Notes: generated by a model from the sequence alone, not told the origin. Counted from the stretch's first letter, positions 32,733-43,377 are shown. The stretch: DNA of 64,000 nucleotides from Methanobacteriota archaeon (GCA_963787255.1 CAWBCJ010000029.1:192001-256000), one strand, 5' to 3'. Translations and numbers: made by a program.

Positions 32733-33551
32733 TTATTTTTGCCCAGCAATATCCTCCACTGTTGCATACGGATGAGAATATCTCTCATTTTCTTCGGTAT
32801 ATGATTTTAAAAATCTTGAAGACTTAATTTGAACTGCTTGCTCTGGACAATAATTGAGACAGGCATGACAGAAAAAACATTGCACATCTTTTTGCCATAA
32901 AGGCTTTTCATTAACTATTTTTATCTTTCCTGATAAACAGACTTTTTCACACGTTCTACAGCCTATACACTTTGAATTGGAATAAAACTCAACATTATAC
33001 ATTTTATTAAGAAGTGGAAGAAACAGAGAAAGAAGTGAAAACGCAGGCATTGGAACTGTGAATTCGGTGTCTTTTTCCATGGTTTTTTCTTTATTTAAAA
33101 CAACTTTCTGGATAAAATTGAGCTTATTTTGAACTTCTACTTCTAGATCTGCTATTTTTTCTGCTGTTGCAGCATGCCAACCTTCAAATTTAGGGTCGTT
33201 ACTGGCCATGTTTAAAGTAAAAAATGAATTTAAACTTTTACCTTTTTTCTTCAATATGTTTTCTAAGTCAATGAATGCCCTATGTTGACTACCGGCCCGT
33301 GTAGCTACTGCAAAAATGTATTCAGCTGAATTTAAATTGAGTTTCTTAAGAAATTCCATTACTGGAGCAGGAGCCATTGCAAGGTGAATTGGAAACACGA
33401 ATCCAACTGTATCTGAACTGCTTTCGATAACTTCTTTTTTTAAAAGGTTAACTATAGATATTAACTTTGATTCTGGAATTCTTTTTTGCAATTCCTTTGC
33501 CACATGCAGCGAATTACCAGTTCCTGAAAAATAATAAATTTCGGGACTCAT
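32733..33551 (-). CDS. EFR1-family flavodoxin-ferredoxin fusion
   Basis: YFSGTGNS; CIGCRTCEKVC and CFFCHACLNYCP. Confidence 0.9.
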   Translation of the reverse strand: MSPEIYYFSGTGNSLHVAKELQKRIPESKLISIVNLLKKEVIESSSDTVGFVFPIHLAMAPAPVMEFLKKLNLNSAEYIFAVATRAGSQHRAFIDLENILKKKGKSLNSFFTLNMASNDPKFEGWHAATAEKIADLEVEVQNKLNFIQKVVLNKEKTMEKDTEFTVPMPAFSLLSLFLPLLNKMYNVEFYSNSKCIGCRTCEKVCLSGKIKIVNEKPLWQKDVQCFFCHACLNYCPEQAVQIKSSRFLKSYTEENERYSHPYATVEDIAGQK

Positions 33552-33584
33552 AATTAAATCCCCCTTTTATCTTTTATACTAAAA

Positions 33585-34049
33585 TCAAAACAATCCACTG
33601 AATTTTTGGACCAGTTCAGCGATTTGTTTATCCCTGTTTTTACTCCAAACCACGATTTCTGTTCCGTAGACTATGCCTCCTTTGGCCTGGCAGATTTTTT
33701 TCATCTGGCCGATTGCACGACTTCCGCCTGTCCAGTTGAATGGCAAACCCTTGGTAACAAAAAGTGCGATTTTTTTATCCTGTAACGATGGAATCTGCTC
33801 TAAATACATTTGCATTACCTTTGAAAGGGCAAATGCCTGCACTGGAGCTCCGAATATTACCGCGTCGAATGCAGTTGCATCAGGTGGGTTTTCAATCTTA
33901 CTATTTTTATCAGGGGTCTGTTGTCCACCTGCCAATCTTATCTGTTCTATTTCTACCGTATGTCCTGCCACCAGGAGATTCTCCTCAATCTTCTGTGCAA
34001 CTTCATACGTGTGCCCAGTTTGAGAATGAACTATAATGCCTATTTTCAT
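33585..34049 (-). CDS. Flavodoxin
   Basis: HSQTGHT, FGAPV. Confidence 0.88.
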   Translation of the reverse strand: MKIGIIVHSQTGHTYEVAQKIEENLLVAGHTVEIEQIRLAGGQQTPDKNSKIENPPDATAFDAVIFGAPVQAFALSKVMQMYLEQIPSLQDKKIALFVTKGLPFNWTGGSRAIGQMKKICQAKGGIVYGTEIVVWSKNRDKQIAELVQKFSGLF

Positions 34050-34773
34050 GATATATTCCTCTTTTAAGTTTCATAATAAAATTTTCCACTTACTAAAACC
34101 TTATTTAAATTTAATATTTTAACTAAATTATATTTTTTTATTATCAATTGTGGGATTTAGTTGAAATGAGATTCTATATGGTCCTGATTTTAGTGTTATT
34201 TTTTTTACAATTATGTGGCAAAAAATGGATTATGAGTATCAAAGTGAAGTCTTTCTCACTTAAAACCTGATTAAAGCACTCTAAGAACTTCTATGTTTCC
34301 TGAAATTCAATTTCTAAATTTTTATAAATCAGGTAGACATATTATCATTTGTTCCATTAAATGACTATTTATAACAAGGAGGATGAGCAAAAATGGATAT
34401 GGGAAATTAAATGCATTTTATATAAAATGAATTTGTTAATTAGAGACATTGTAAAAAGCATTGATGTTGCTTCATTTAACCAGTGCCTCAGAAATTCGTT
34501 AAAAATGGCCAATGAAAATCTTTAATGGAGTAGCTATTTATCTGATAATGAGTTTAATTCCAGGTCTTTTCAATGTCATACGTTGCAAAGAATGGATATT
34601 ATTGCACAGTTTTAGATAAAGAAGTCTTAACACCATCAATGTGTTTAACATAAATGACGTACGTTTTCCAAAGACACCCTAATAAAGAAAAAATTCCAAA
34701 TTTCTTTCATTTATCCATTTAATTTTAAATAACCTAAAATCTCAGCATTTCAACACCATTTGGCAGAGTTTCA

Positions 34774-35526
34774 TCATTTAACCATGCTTCTTAAAACGTT
34801 GTTAAAGAGTTCTGGATTTTCAATATTCCACATGTGCCCCACCTTTAAAGCCATCGCTCCTTCTGAATTCGGAAGCACATTAATGAGATCCCTTGCAGAT
34901 TCTTTTATAATTTTATAATCTTTTTCCCCAGTCATAACAAGAACTGGCACTTCAGCCTTTTCAAGACCAGAAGGCATTTTAAAAAGCATATTTTCTTTTA
35001 AAATTCGATTTAATGAATCCGGTTTTATTAAGCGTGTTGATTCCTTGAACTCCTTAAAAAGACTTTTCGGCATATTGTAAGTTCTCATATTTGCTTTTAT
35101 AAAAAAATTAGTATCTTTAACCGGTTCATAAGCTTTAATCAAATAATTAAGAAGTTTTAAAAATGTTTCAGTGTGCGGGATGCTGTGAACTAGCGTTCCA
35201 CTTATGAGAGCGTGATTTACAACTTCAGGAGCTGTGCTTAAAATCTGGACGATAATTTGAGCTCCAAGAGAAATTCCAACGAGATGCGCTTTTTTGTTAT
35301 GGGATTGATTTTTGATAATGTCAATTATCATATCTGCAGCACTTTGCATAGTGAATGGCTTTACTTCTATGCTTTTTCCGTGCTCTGGAAGGTCAGGGAT
35401 GATGCAATGATAATCTTGAAATGCTTCTACCTGTTTATCCCACATCCAGCCAGCAATTCCACCACCGTGGAGGAATATTATGGTTTCATCGTTGTTTTTA
35501 CCTGTTTCTTTAATGTATAACTCCAT
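34774..35526 (-). CDS. Alpha/beta hydrolase (extreme C-terminus probably frameshifted)
   Basis: FLHGGG, PDLPEHG, GISLG, GEKD, GHMW; alternative frame gives AWLNDETLP... Confidence 0.88.
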   Translation of the reverse strand: MELYIKETGKNNDETIIFLHGGGIAGWMWDKQVEAFQDYHCIIPDLPEHGKSIEVKPFTMQSAADMIIDIIKNQSHNKKAHLVGISLGAQIIVQILSTAPEVVNHALISGTLVHSIPHTETFLKLLNYLIKAYEPVKDTNFFIKANMRTYNMPKSLFKEFKESTRLIKPDSLNRILKENMLFKMPSGLEKAEVPVLVMTGEKDYKIIKESARDLINVLPNSEGAMALKVGHMWNIENPELFNNVLRSMVK

Positions 35527-35793
35527 AATCAGGCCCCTAATTAAGAATTATAGTATAATTATTTTTTGTTTGATTTAATATCTAAAACATGTTTGGTTTT
35601 TGTTTAATTTAAATAATGATTATTAATCCATATCTTAGCAATGGATACATATATTCTCCTTATTTAACCCTAATATTAATTTTCATCTGATTTTTGGTCT
35701 TTAAATAATTAAATTTCTGATGTCTACTTAGACAATATACAATTATTATAAAAGACATATCTAATTCAAATTAATACTGAGGAGGTTTTTAAT

Positions 35794-36666
35794 ATGATTA
35801 CAGGTGTTCATTCAAATGGTGATGGAAAAGTAAAATGGGTTTCAACTGACTGGTTAGAAGACAATCAAAATGAAAAAATCATGATAATTGATGTTCAACC
35901 AGATATACATGATTATATTAAAGAACACATCCCCAGAGCTTATTATTTTAATGAATGGTTTCTAAGGCAAATGGTAGAAAACGTGCCGGGCAGCTATATT
36001 CCTTTGGAGGCCATTCAGGCAATATTTAGAAAACAAGGAATTAAAAAAGATATGCCTACAGTTGTATATACTGGTAAAGGTGCCTTTTCAAAAAGTGGAG
36101 ATGGGTGGGGGCAGACAATGGCTGCTTATTCACTTGCAAGGTTCGGCCATGATAATATCTATATTTTAGACGGCGGCATTGACAAGTGGAAAGAAGAAGG
36201 AAAAGAGCTAACAAAGGTTTTTCCAACAATAAGAGAATCTAAATTTGAAGCTGTGCTTCGTGAAGATTATTATGTGACTTATGAAGAGTTTAAAGCAACT
36301 AAAGATAAAGATGATGTTGTAGTACTTGATGCTCGACCATTTAAGTATTATGCTGGCCCAAGTATGTGGAATAAGCCAGGGCACATCCCTGGAGCGGTGA
36401 GTCTGCAGGCAGCTACACTTATGCACCAGAATAACCTCCAGCTGCTCAAGCCCGAGGATGAAATAAAATCAATGGTGGAAAAACTGGGAGCAACGCCTGA
36501 TAAAAAGATTATATGCTACTGTGGAACAGGTAGAGAAGCAACTAATTTATTTGTGGTCTTTAAATGGTTTTTGGGTTATGAAAATGTGAAATTATACGAG
36601 GGTTCATTTACAGAGTGGACTCAAAGGGATGATAGTCCTACGGTTACGGGGCCTAATCCTTATTAG
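35794..36666 (+). CDS. Two-domain rhodanese / sulfurtransferase
   Basis: VSTDWL, HIP.A, LDGG, GHIPGA, YCGTGREA, YEGSFTEW. Confidence 0.93.
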   Translation: MITGVHSNGDGKVKWVSTDWLEDNQNEKIMIIDVQPDIHDYIKEHIPRAYYFNEWFLRQMVENVPGSYIPLEAIQAIFRKQGIKKDMPTVVYTGKGAFSKSGDGWGQTMAAYSLARFGHDNIYILDGGIDKWKEEGKELTKVFPTIRESKFEAVLREDYYVTYEEFKATKDKDDVVVLDARPFKYYAGPSMWNKPGHIPGAVSLQAATLMHQNNLQLLKPEDEIKSMVEKLGATPDKKIICYCGTGREATNLFVVFKWFLGYENVKLYEGSFTEWTQRDDSPTVTGPNPY

Positions 36667-36899
36667 GGAAATAAGCCATGTTATTGGTCTCTTGATATAA
36701 ACTTATTTCATCATTTTAATGTAATTAAAGAATAATTTTCTTCAAACTCTTTAAGACGTTCTGGTATTAATTGTTTTATAATATACATAGCTGTATACAT
36801 TCTTGATAACCAAATACATTTAATTCTTTAATATAGAAATAAGTAAATTTTCAAGATTGAATTTAATTATTGGTTTAAGTCCTTAAAGGAGATATCCAA

Positions 36900-37514
36900 A
36901 TGATCGAACTACTCATCGCAGGAATCACTCTCGGTCTCTACGCCGGCTTCTCACCCGGCCCTCTCCTCGTCCTCGTAATCTCACAAACACTAAAACATGG
37001 CTACGAAGAAGGGGTAAGAGTAGCTTTCGCCCCCATAATCTCAGATATACCAATTATAATAATATGTTTACTATTTCTGTCACTTATATCAGGCTACACT
37101 TTAATTTTAGGCATTATTTCAATTATCGGCGGTTTATATCTTAGTTACCTTTCCTACGAAAGCTTTAAAACAAAAATTTTAACTGGAGATATTAATTTAG
37201 AGAAGCCTAAATCGTTGACAAAAGGAGTTACACTCAATCTTTTAAATCCCGCACCTTATTTATTCTGGATAACCATTGGAGGCCCCATAATAATCCCTGC
37301 TTATGCTGAAAGTGCATTATCGCCGTTATGGTTTATCATTGGCTTTTACGCGCTTTTGATTGGTTCAAAAATAGCTCTGGCTTATGCCACAGGGAAATCC
37401 AGCGATTTCCTGACAGGGAAGACTTATATTTACATAATGAGAATTCTTGGAGTAGTACTAATAATCTTTGCGCTTTATTTCTTCAATCAAGGTGTTCAAC
37501 TATTAATTAGGTGA
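36900..37514 (+). CDS. LysE/RhtB family translocator
   Basis: SPGP, G...NLLNP.PYLFW. Confidence 0.88.
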   Translation: MIELLIAGITLGLYAGFSPGPLLVLVISQTLKHGYEEGVRVAFAPIISDIPIIIICLLFLSLISGYTLILGIISIIGGLYLSYLSYESFKTKILTGDINLEKPKSLTKGVTLNLLNPAPYLFWITIGGPIIIPAYAESALSPLWFIIGFYALLIGSKIALAYATGKSSDFLTGKTYIYIMRILGVVLIIFALYFFNQGVQLLIR

Positions 37515-37838
37515 TATTATCCATTCAGAACTATTATGAGCCATATAATTATAATTCTAAGCTTTTTTATTAAGTATAGTTTTGAATACACTTTTAAATG
37601 AGTTCATTATAGACATATTAATTTAATATTTTGAATCAAGGAAAAAAAATATATATGAAATAGTGACAATATAATAATATCAATGTACACAGTTCTACAA
37701 TGACCTGAAAACATTTTGTTTTTTTAAAGTTTTCTTCCAAATTGACCTTAAACGTGTTTAGAGGTAAAAATTACATTTTTATAGTATTTGAATCATTAAT
37801 TAGCTTTATTAATCTAAAATTAAGGGGAGGCATTAGAC

Positions 37839-38054
37839 ATGGATAAACTCTCAATACTGGAATATCAGAAATTAATTAGCATTTTAACAGAGAACAGGCA
37901 TTATTTATCCACATCAATAGAAGAAAAAGCTGCAGACATCCTTGAAAGCATAGTTATTGAAGCGAAAAGTAAAAAAAGGGATATTAGTAAGGCAAAAATT
38001 AATTTAATCAATACTTCTAACGGACCAGAAATTGGCGTTACCTTCGAAGAATAA
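37839..38054 (+). CDS. Small hypothetical protein
   Basis: 71-aa ORF with strong GGGGAGG RBS. Confidence 0.6.
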   Translation: MDKLSILEYQKLISILTENRHYLSTSIEEKAADILESIVIEAKSKKRDISKAKINLINTSNGPEIGVTFEE

Positions 38055-38111
38055 ATAATATTCTATTTTAATAAGTAAACTTCTGATTTTTTTTATATTA
38101 TCTAAAATGGA

Positions 38112-38303
38112 TTATACTGATAATTTACTGGTCACTACTGTTTTAGCTCTTAAAAGAGCTCTATCAATATGATCAGTATTTTTGATTACAAGTTCTATTT
38201 TTTTCCATTTTTTTTCTTGAAATTTTAGATTGTCATTTGCATTCAAGCTTAAAAGTTCCTTTTCTGCGCATCCCTTTAAAAAATTCCTCTGGACTTCCTT
38301 CAT
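38112..38303 (-). CDS. Possible small hypothetical protein
   Basis: 63-aa ORF only; weak RBS, no motif. Confidence 0.3.
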   Translation of the reverse strand: MKEVQRNFLKGCAEKELLSLNANDNLKFQEKKWKKIELVIKNTDHIDRALLRAKTVVTSKLSV

Positions 38304-38396
38304 GCTTTCCTAAAATGTATTTGGCGTATTTTCATCCAAAATGAATTTTTAACACTGATACAAAATCTTTATATACAATTTCTATAAATAGTATAC

Positions 38397-38412
38397 TTCG
38401 ATACTTATCGAA
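38397..38412. promoter_or_regulatory. Putative ArsR operator
   Basis: TTCGATA-CT-TATCGAA downstream of a TTTATATA box; degenerate copy TTCGAAAGTTGTCAAA at ~38757 before the flavodoxin gene. Confidence 0.7.
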
Positions 38413-38426
38413 TTGTAGAATATTCT

Positions 38427-38738
38427 ATGAGGTATTCAATGGAAACAAAAAAAATGGCAAAGGTTTTTAAAGCCCTTTCAAACCCCAACAGGTTAGAATT
38501 ATACCTGCAAATCGTTAAAGCGCAGGAAGCCAGTTATGAAACAAACTGCGAATGTTTAATAAGCGATATTGCTAAATCATTGAATATTGGGGCCCCTACG
38601 GTTTCTCACCACCTTAAAGAATTAGCAAACGCTGAATTAATCTTTACTGAAAGAAAAGGCAAATATTTAGTGGCAAGGGTTAATGAAGAAATGGTTAATG
38701 AAGTGAATGAACTTTTAAAGCTGCATCATGAATCTTAA
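38427..38738 (+). CDS. ArsR/SmtB family regulator
   Basis: FKALSNPNRL, CEC, PTVSHHLKEL, ERKGK. Confidence 0.92.
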   Translation: MRYSMETKKMAKVFKALSNPNRLELYLQIVKAQEASYETNCECLISDIAKSLNIGAPTVSHHLKELANAELIFTERKGKYLVARVNEEMVNEVNELLKLHHES

Positions 38739-38803
38739 ATTTTTTAAAAAATACAATTCGAAAGTTGTCAAACTAATAAACTATTAAAAATGAGGAAGTA
38801 AAA

Positions 38804-39250
38804 ATGAAAACTGCGATAATTTACAAATCCATACATCATGGAAACACCAAGAAAATTGCTGAAGTAATGGCAGGCACTCTGGAAGCGGAATTGTTTGATT
38901 TAAAAGATGCTAGCCAAGATATTATTAAAGAATATGATTTAATTGGCTTTGGTTCTGGAATATATTTCTATAAACCTCATAAAAAGTTAAGAAAGTTTGT
39001 TGAAAGTCTAGATAATGTGGAAAACAAAAAAGCTTTTGTATTTTCTACAAGTGGCAACGGAAAACCCAACGGATGGTTAGAGAAAAAATTATCCAGTAAA
39101 GGTTTTGAAATCATTGGAGAGTTCAATTGTAAAGGATTAGACACCTATGCACTTTCAAAACTGATTGGCGGCATAAATAAAGGAAAACCTGATGAAGAAG
39201 ACTTTAAAAATGCGGAAAACTTTGCAAATAGTTTAAAAGAAAAAATATAA
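38804..39250 (+). CDS. Flavodoxin family protein
   Basis: SIHHGNT.KIA, GFGSGIY; paralog of 27433. Confidence 0.9.
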   Translation: MKTAIIYKSIHHGNTKKIAEVMAGTLEAELFDLKDASQDIIKEYDLIGFGSGIYFYKPHKKLRKFVESLDNVENKKAFVFSTSGNGKPNGWLEKKLSSKGFEIIGEFNCKGLDTYALSKLIGGINKGKPDEEDFKNAENFANSLKEKI

Positions 39251-39306
39251 TGTAAATTAGGACTTTAAATTATTTAAAATGATTATATGACCTATGAGGC
39301 AAAAAA

Positions 39307-40065
39307 ATGGAAAAAACAGACCTTTACGAAACAATATTCAAGCGAAAGTCCATTAGAACTTATGATTCAACACCACTTGATCAAAACACATTAACGGAGA
39401 TTTCAGACCACTTCCAGACTTTAGAACCCATGTATGATGACATTAAAGTTGAATTGAAGATCATATCATCAGATGACGTTAAAAGAAGGATAATGAAAAA
39501 AGCACCGCATTATATAGCTGTGTTCTCTGAAACTAAAGAAGGATATTCGACCAATGTGGGTTTTATGCTACAGCAGATGGATCTGTTCCTCTCGGCTAAC
39601 GGTCTTGGCAGTTGCTGGCAGGGGATTCCAAAGCCCAAAAAAGAAGTTTTAGAAAGTTCAAATCTTGAATTTATTATTTTAATAGCCTTTGGGAAGCCCA
39701 CAGGATCATTACATAGAAGTAGTGTTTCAGAATTTAAGAGAAAACCTCTCCAGGAGATAAGCAATGTTAAGGGTGCAGATGAGTTAATGGAAGCAGCACG
39801 TCTTGCCCCATCTGCAGGTAACAGCCAACCATGGCTTTTTACAGGAGATAAAAATATAATCCATGTCTATTCCATTAAACCAGGCTTTATTAGGGGACTT
39901 CTAGCTAAAAAATACATTCCCCTAGATGTTGGTATTGCATTTTGTCATCTAAAGCTGGCAGCAGAACATTTTGGTAAGAAAACAAAAATTATGATTGATA
40001 AAACCGCATTGAATTACACCAACAATGGATACGAGTATATTGCAAGTTTGAGGCAAAATGAATAA
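39307..40065 (+). CDS. Nitroreductase family (tandem-domain) protein
   Basis: RKSIR, LGSCWQG, RKPL, RLAPSAGNSQPW. Confidence 0.88.
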   Translation: MEKTDLYETIFKRKSIRTYDSTPLDQNTLTEISDHFQTLEPMYDDIKVELKIISSDDVKRRIMKKAPHYIAVFSETKEGYSTNVGFMLQQMDLFLSANGLGSCWQGIPKPKKEVLESSNLEFIILIAFGKPTGSLHRSSVSEFKRKPLQEISNVKGADELMEAARLAPSAGNSQPWLFTGDKNIIHVYSIKPGFIRGLLAKKYIPLDVGIAFCHLKLAAEHFGKKTKIMIDKTALNYTNNGYEYIASLRQNE

Positions 40066-40109
40066 ATTGGAAAAAAAAGGATTTTAATAAGTTCAATTAA
40101 TGTGTATTC

Positions 40110-40610
40110 ATGAAAGCTGAAGAAGTGCACAAACTCATCCAAATAATGAATACAAGAATAAATGACATTATAGGAAAAGAAACAAGGGGCGTACATTTTG
40201 GAGGGGATAACGAATTATTTGCAGCTGTAGCGTCAATTGAGGAATTATATGATTTAAGCTATGCTCCAGAAGCAGAAGCTAAAAAAACAGAAATCATGAG
40301 CACACTGATAAATGCAATGCTAGACGGGCAATCAACAAAACAAATAAGCCAATCACTGAAAGATAACAGATTAAACGATGAAGATGCCTGGAAAGTAGCT
40401 AAAAATGAAATTCATCGGATAAAAAACCTGGGTAATTGGTATCAATATTATGGGGCAGGATACAAATTTTTCAGTGTAAGATTTGAAAAAAATGCTTGCA
40501 AAATGTGCAAAAAAGCTTATGGTAATAAAAAGTATCCTATTGAACAAGTAGACATGTTACCTCCTTTGCATGGTGAATGCAGATGCGCTTTAATGTTTCA
40601 TAGAAAATAA
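40110..40610 (+). CDS. Phage Mu gpF / SPP1 gp7-like (MuF) domain protein
   Basis: G.S..QI...L...A..VA..E..R..N.G...Y...G, ACKMC, PPLHGECRC. Confidence 0.7.
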   Translation: MKAEEVHKLIQIMNTRINDIIGKETRGVHFGGDNELFAAVASIEELYDLSYAPEAEAKKTEIMSTLINAMLDGQSTKQISQSLKDNRLNDEDAWKVAKNEIHRIKNLGNWYQYYGAGYKFFSVRFEKNACKMCKKAYGNKKYPIEQVDMLPPLHGECRCALMFHRK

Positions 40611-40806
40611 TACAAATTGAAGATATTTAGTTTTTTAATGAAATAAACCAATATTTTTTCGAATTCAAGTAACACCTATTTTTCAATTATTACCCTAAAA
40701 CAACATTTATAAATGATCATAATTTAAAACAAATCAATTTAAAGAATATAAATTTGAAAAATTAATCTTAAAAAGAGTTTTAAATGATTTAAAGGAGATT
40801 ATTGCT

Positions 40807-41968
40807 TTGTTATACAGAACCTTTGGAAAAACAGGCGAGAAAGTTTCAATACTCGGTTTTGGGTGCATGAGACTTCCAATACTGGAATGTAACCCCACAA
40901 AAATAAATGAACCCCTGGCAACAGAAATGCTTCATTATGCCCTAAATAACGGCGTGAATTATATTGATACCGCTTATCCTTACCATGGACTCTCTGCAAC
41001 TGAAGGCGGTATGAGCGAGATTTTCGTTGGAAATGTTTTGAAAGACGATTACAGGGATGAGGTTTACCTATCTACAAAATTACCCAGCTGGAATGTCCAG
41101 AAGAAAGAAGATCTTAATTTTTATCTTGATGAACAGCTTAAAAGGCTTCAAACTGACCATATTGATTTTTATCTTTTACATGGTCTTAGTCAGAACACAT
41201 GGAAAACCTTAGCAAGTCTGGATGTTTTCGAGTTTCTGGACTCTGCACTTGAAGATGGTAGAATAGGATACGCTGGTTTTTCATTTCATGATGAATTTGA
41301 ACTTTTCAAGGAAATTGTGGATTCTTACAACTGGAGTTTTTCTCAGATTCAGTTTAACTACATGGATCAGGACTTTCAGGCGGGAAAAGCCGGAGTTGAG
41401 TACTCAGCAACTAAAAAAATGGGAACCGTGATCATGGAACCACTAAGAGGCGGATGCCTTACAAATAATATTCCTTCAGATATTCAGGCAATATGGAATA
41501 GTGCTCCAGTTAAAAGAAGTCCTGCAGAATGGGCTCTACGCTTCCTTTGGGATAAACCAGAAATTAATGTGGTTTTAAGCGGTATGAGCACCATGGAACA
41601 GGTTATAGAGAATGTTAAGATTGCAGATAATGGTCAAGCCAATAGTCTCACCAATGAGGAGAAGAATCTGATTCATGAACGTCAGAGAGGCTTACAGTGA
41701 AAGAATTCATGCTGGTTGCACTGCTTGTGGTTACTGCATGCCCTGTCCTGATGGAGTGGATATTCCACTGAACATGAGCCTGTTAAATGATGTCTACGTT
41801 TACCAGAACATGGAAAAACCCACTGGAAATTATTCATTTTTAACTGCCAAAAAGGCAAGTGCTTCTTTCTGTAATGATTGTGGTGAATGTGAAGAAAAAT
41901 GCACACAGAACATTCCAATAAGAAAATACCTTAAAGAAGCCCGGGAAACTTTTGAAAAGAAGAAGTAG
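40807..41968 (+). pseudogene. Aldo/keto reductase with C-terminal 4Fe-4S domain, frameshift near 41685
   Basis: LGFGCMRLP, YIDTAYPYH, MEPLRGG; second frame CTACGYCMPCP and CNDCGECEEKC. Confidence 0.88.
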
Positions 41969-42033
41969 AATGATTCAGTTCCCCATATGGAATAAATTTC
42001 GTGAATCATAACACCAAATAAAAAAATGTAGAT

Positions 42034-43011
42034 TTATTCAAGGTCCAGTTTAATTCCACCAATTCTTGGAGCAAGAAAATTATAAATTACAGCAATTAAA
42101 GCAAAAATCAAGAAATAGCCTACAAAATAACTTAGGCCATTTATTATAAGAACTATAATGTCATTTACTATATTTCCAACACTTGGATTTCCAGTTACAG
42201 CTAGAGATAATAGGCTTATAAGTCCCATAATAACTCCTAATGCAGCAAATACTGCACCTGCAATCGGGGCTGCTGTAGGTACCACTGGTAATGATATTAG
42301 TTCGTTCAGTGTTCCAGATATTACTCTAAATTCTAATTGAATTTTAATAAATCTTGTTGCTATGTAATTGTAGAATACTGCAAAAAGGGCATTGCTAAGG
42401 AAGCCAAATACAAATATCGCTACTGGTAATCCAATTATTAAAAAGAAAACTAATGTAACCCCATCTGTTCCTAAAGATGGGCTAAATGGAAGATTTGCTC
42501 CTGTGATTTTAATGGCATGGTTAGTTGTATTTAATACAACCGGAATTTCATTGCTTATAATGGTTGTAAATGGTGTAATTGTTGCTGATGAAAACAATCC
42601 AATGATAAATGCCCATATTGCTTCAATAATAGCCAAGATCAAAGAAAAATGTATTATCGGAATTTTAATTACATCATTGTTTTCTAATCCTAATTTTATT
42701 CCACCAATTCTGGATGCTAAATAGTTGTATAGTATTGCCGTGAAAAAGCTTACAGCTATGATTATGAAGTATACACTTATGGGAAATATAATAACCGATG
42801 CTATCCCTAAACCAGCTATAAGTCCTCTAAATAACTCTAGTTGAGGTACAAAAGTTATTAGGATTCCTGAAATAACTAAAATTATCAGAGCATAAATAAA
42901 TGCTAGAATTGCAGCTAATGAAGAAGACATCAATGTAAAAGGTGCTAGTTGAATTGATTTAATTTCTGTTACATTAGCCATTTTTTTCACTTCATTTACA
43001 TTTATAATCAT
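42034..43011 (-). CDS. Membrane protein with three DUF3566-like repeats; paralog of 30593
   Basis: YNYLASRIGGIKLGLE, YNYIATRFIKIQLEF, YNFLAPRIGGIKLDLE. Confidence 0.75.
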   Translation of the reverse strand: MIINVNEVKKMANVTEIKSIQLAPFTLMSSSLAAILAFIYALIILVISGILITFVPQLELFRGLIAGLGIASVIIFPISVYFIIIAVSFFTAILYNYLASRIGGIKLGLENNDVIKIPIIHFSLILAIIEAIWAFIIGLFSSATITPFTTIISNEIPVVLNTTNHAIKITGANLPFSPSLGTDGVTLVFFLIIGLPVAIFVFGFLSNALFAVFYNYIATRFIKIQLEFRVISGTLNELISLPVVPTAAPIAGAVFAALGVIMGLISLLSLAVTGNPSVGNIVNDIIVLIINGLSYFVGYFLIFALIAVIYNFLAPRIGGIKLDLE

Positions 43012-43377
43012 TATATTGTATATATTTTACTATTTTAAACCATATAATCGTATTTAAAGAAAAAATAAGCATTAGTTATCGTTTTAAATTTATTCTAATT
43101 TTCAAGAGTTGCTACTTAGACTGAACTATTTCTTATAACTCAAAATAGCATTATTTTATACTTAAATTAAATATAGAATTAGGAAATAAAAGGACTTATA
43201 AATAATCAAGAAAGTCATGGATTGTGGAAAATATCTTATTCTACGAATTCATAAATCATAGTATAACCAAAAAACATTTAAAACCAGATTATGGCTTACT
43301 TTAACAATTTGTAGAATTTCAAGAGATTTTATGAAAATAAATAAACATATTCAATTTATAAATAAATTTGGGATAAA

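Noticed and set aside
34060-34740. Gene remnant in a long spacer
   Set aside because: The frames I translated are interrupted and no motif is recognisable
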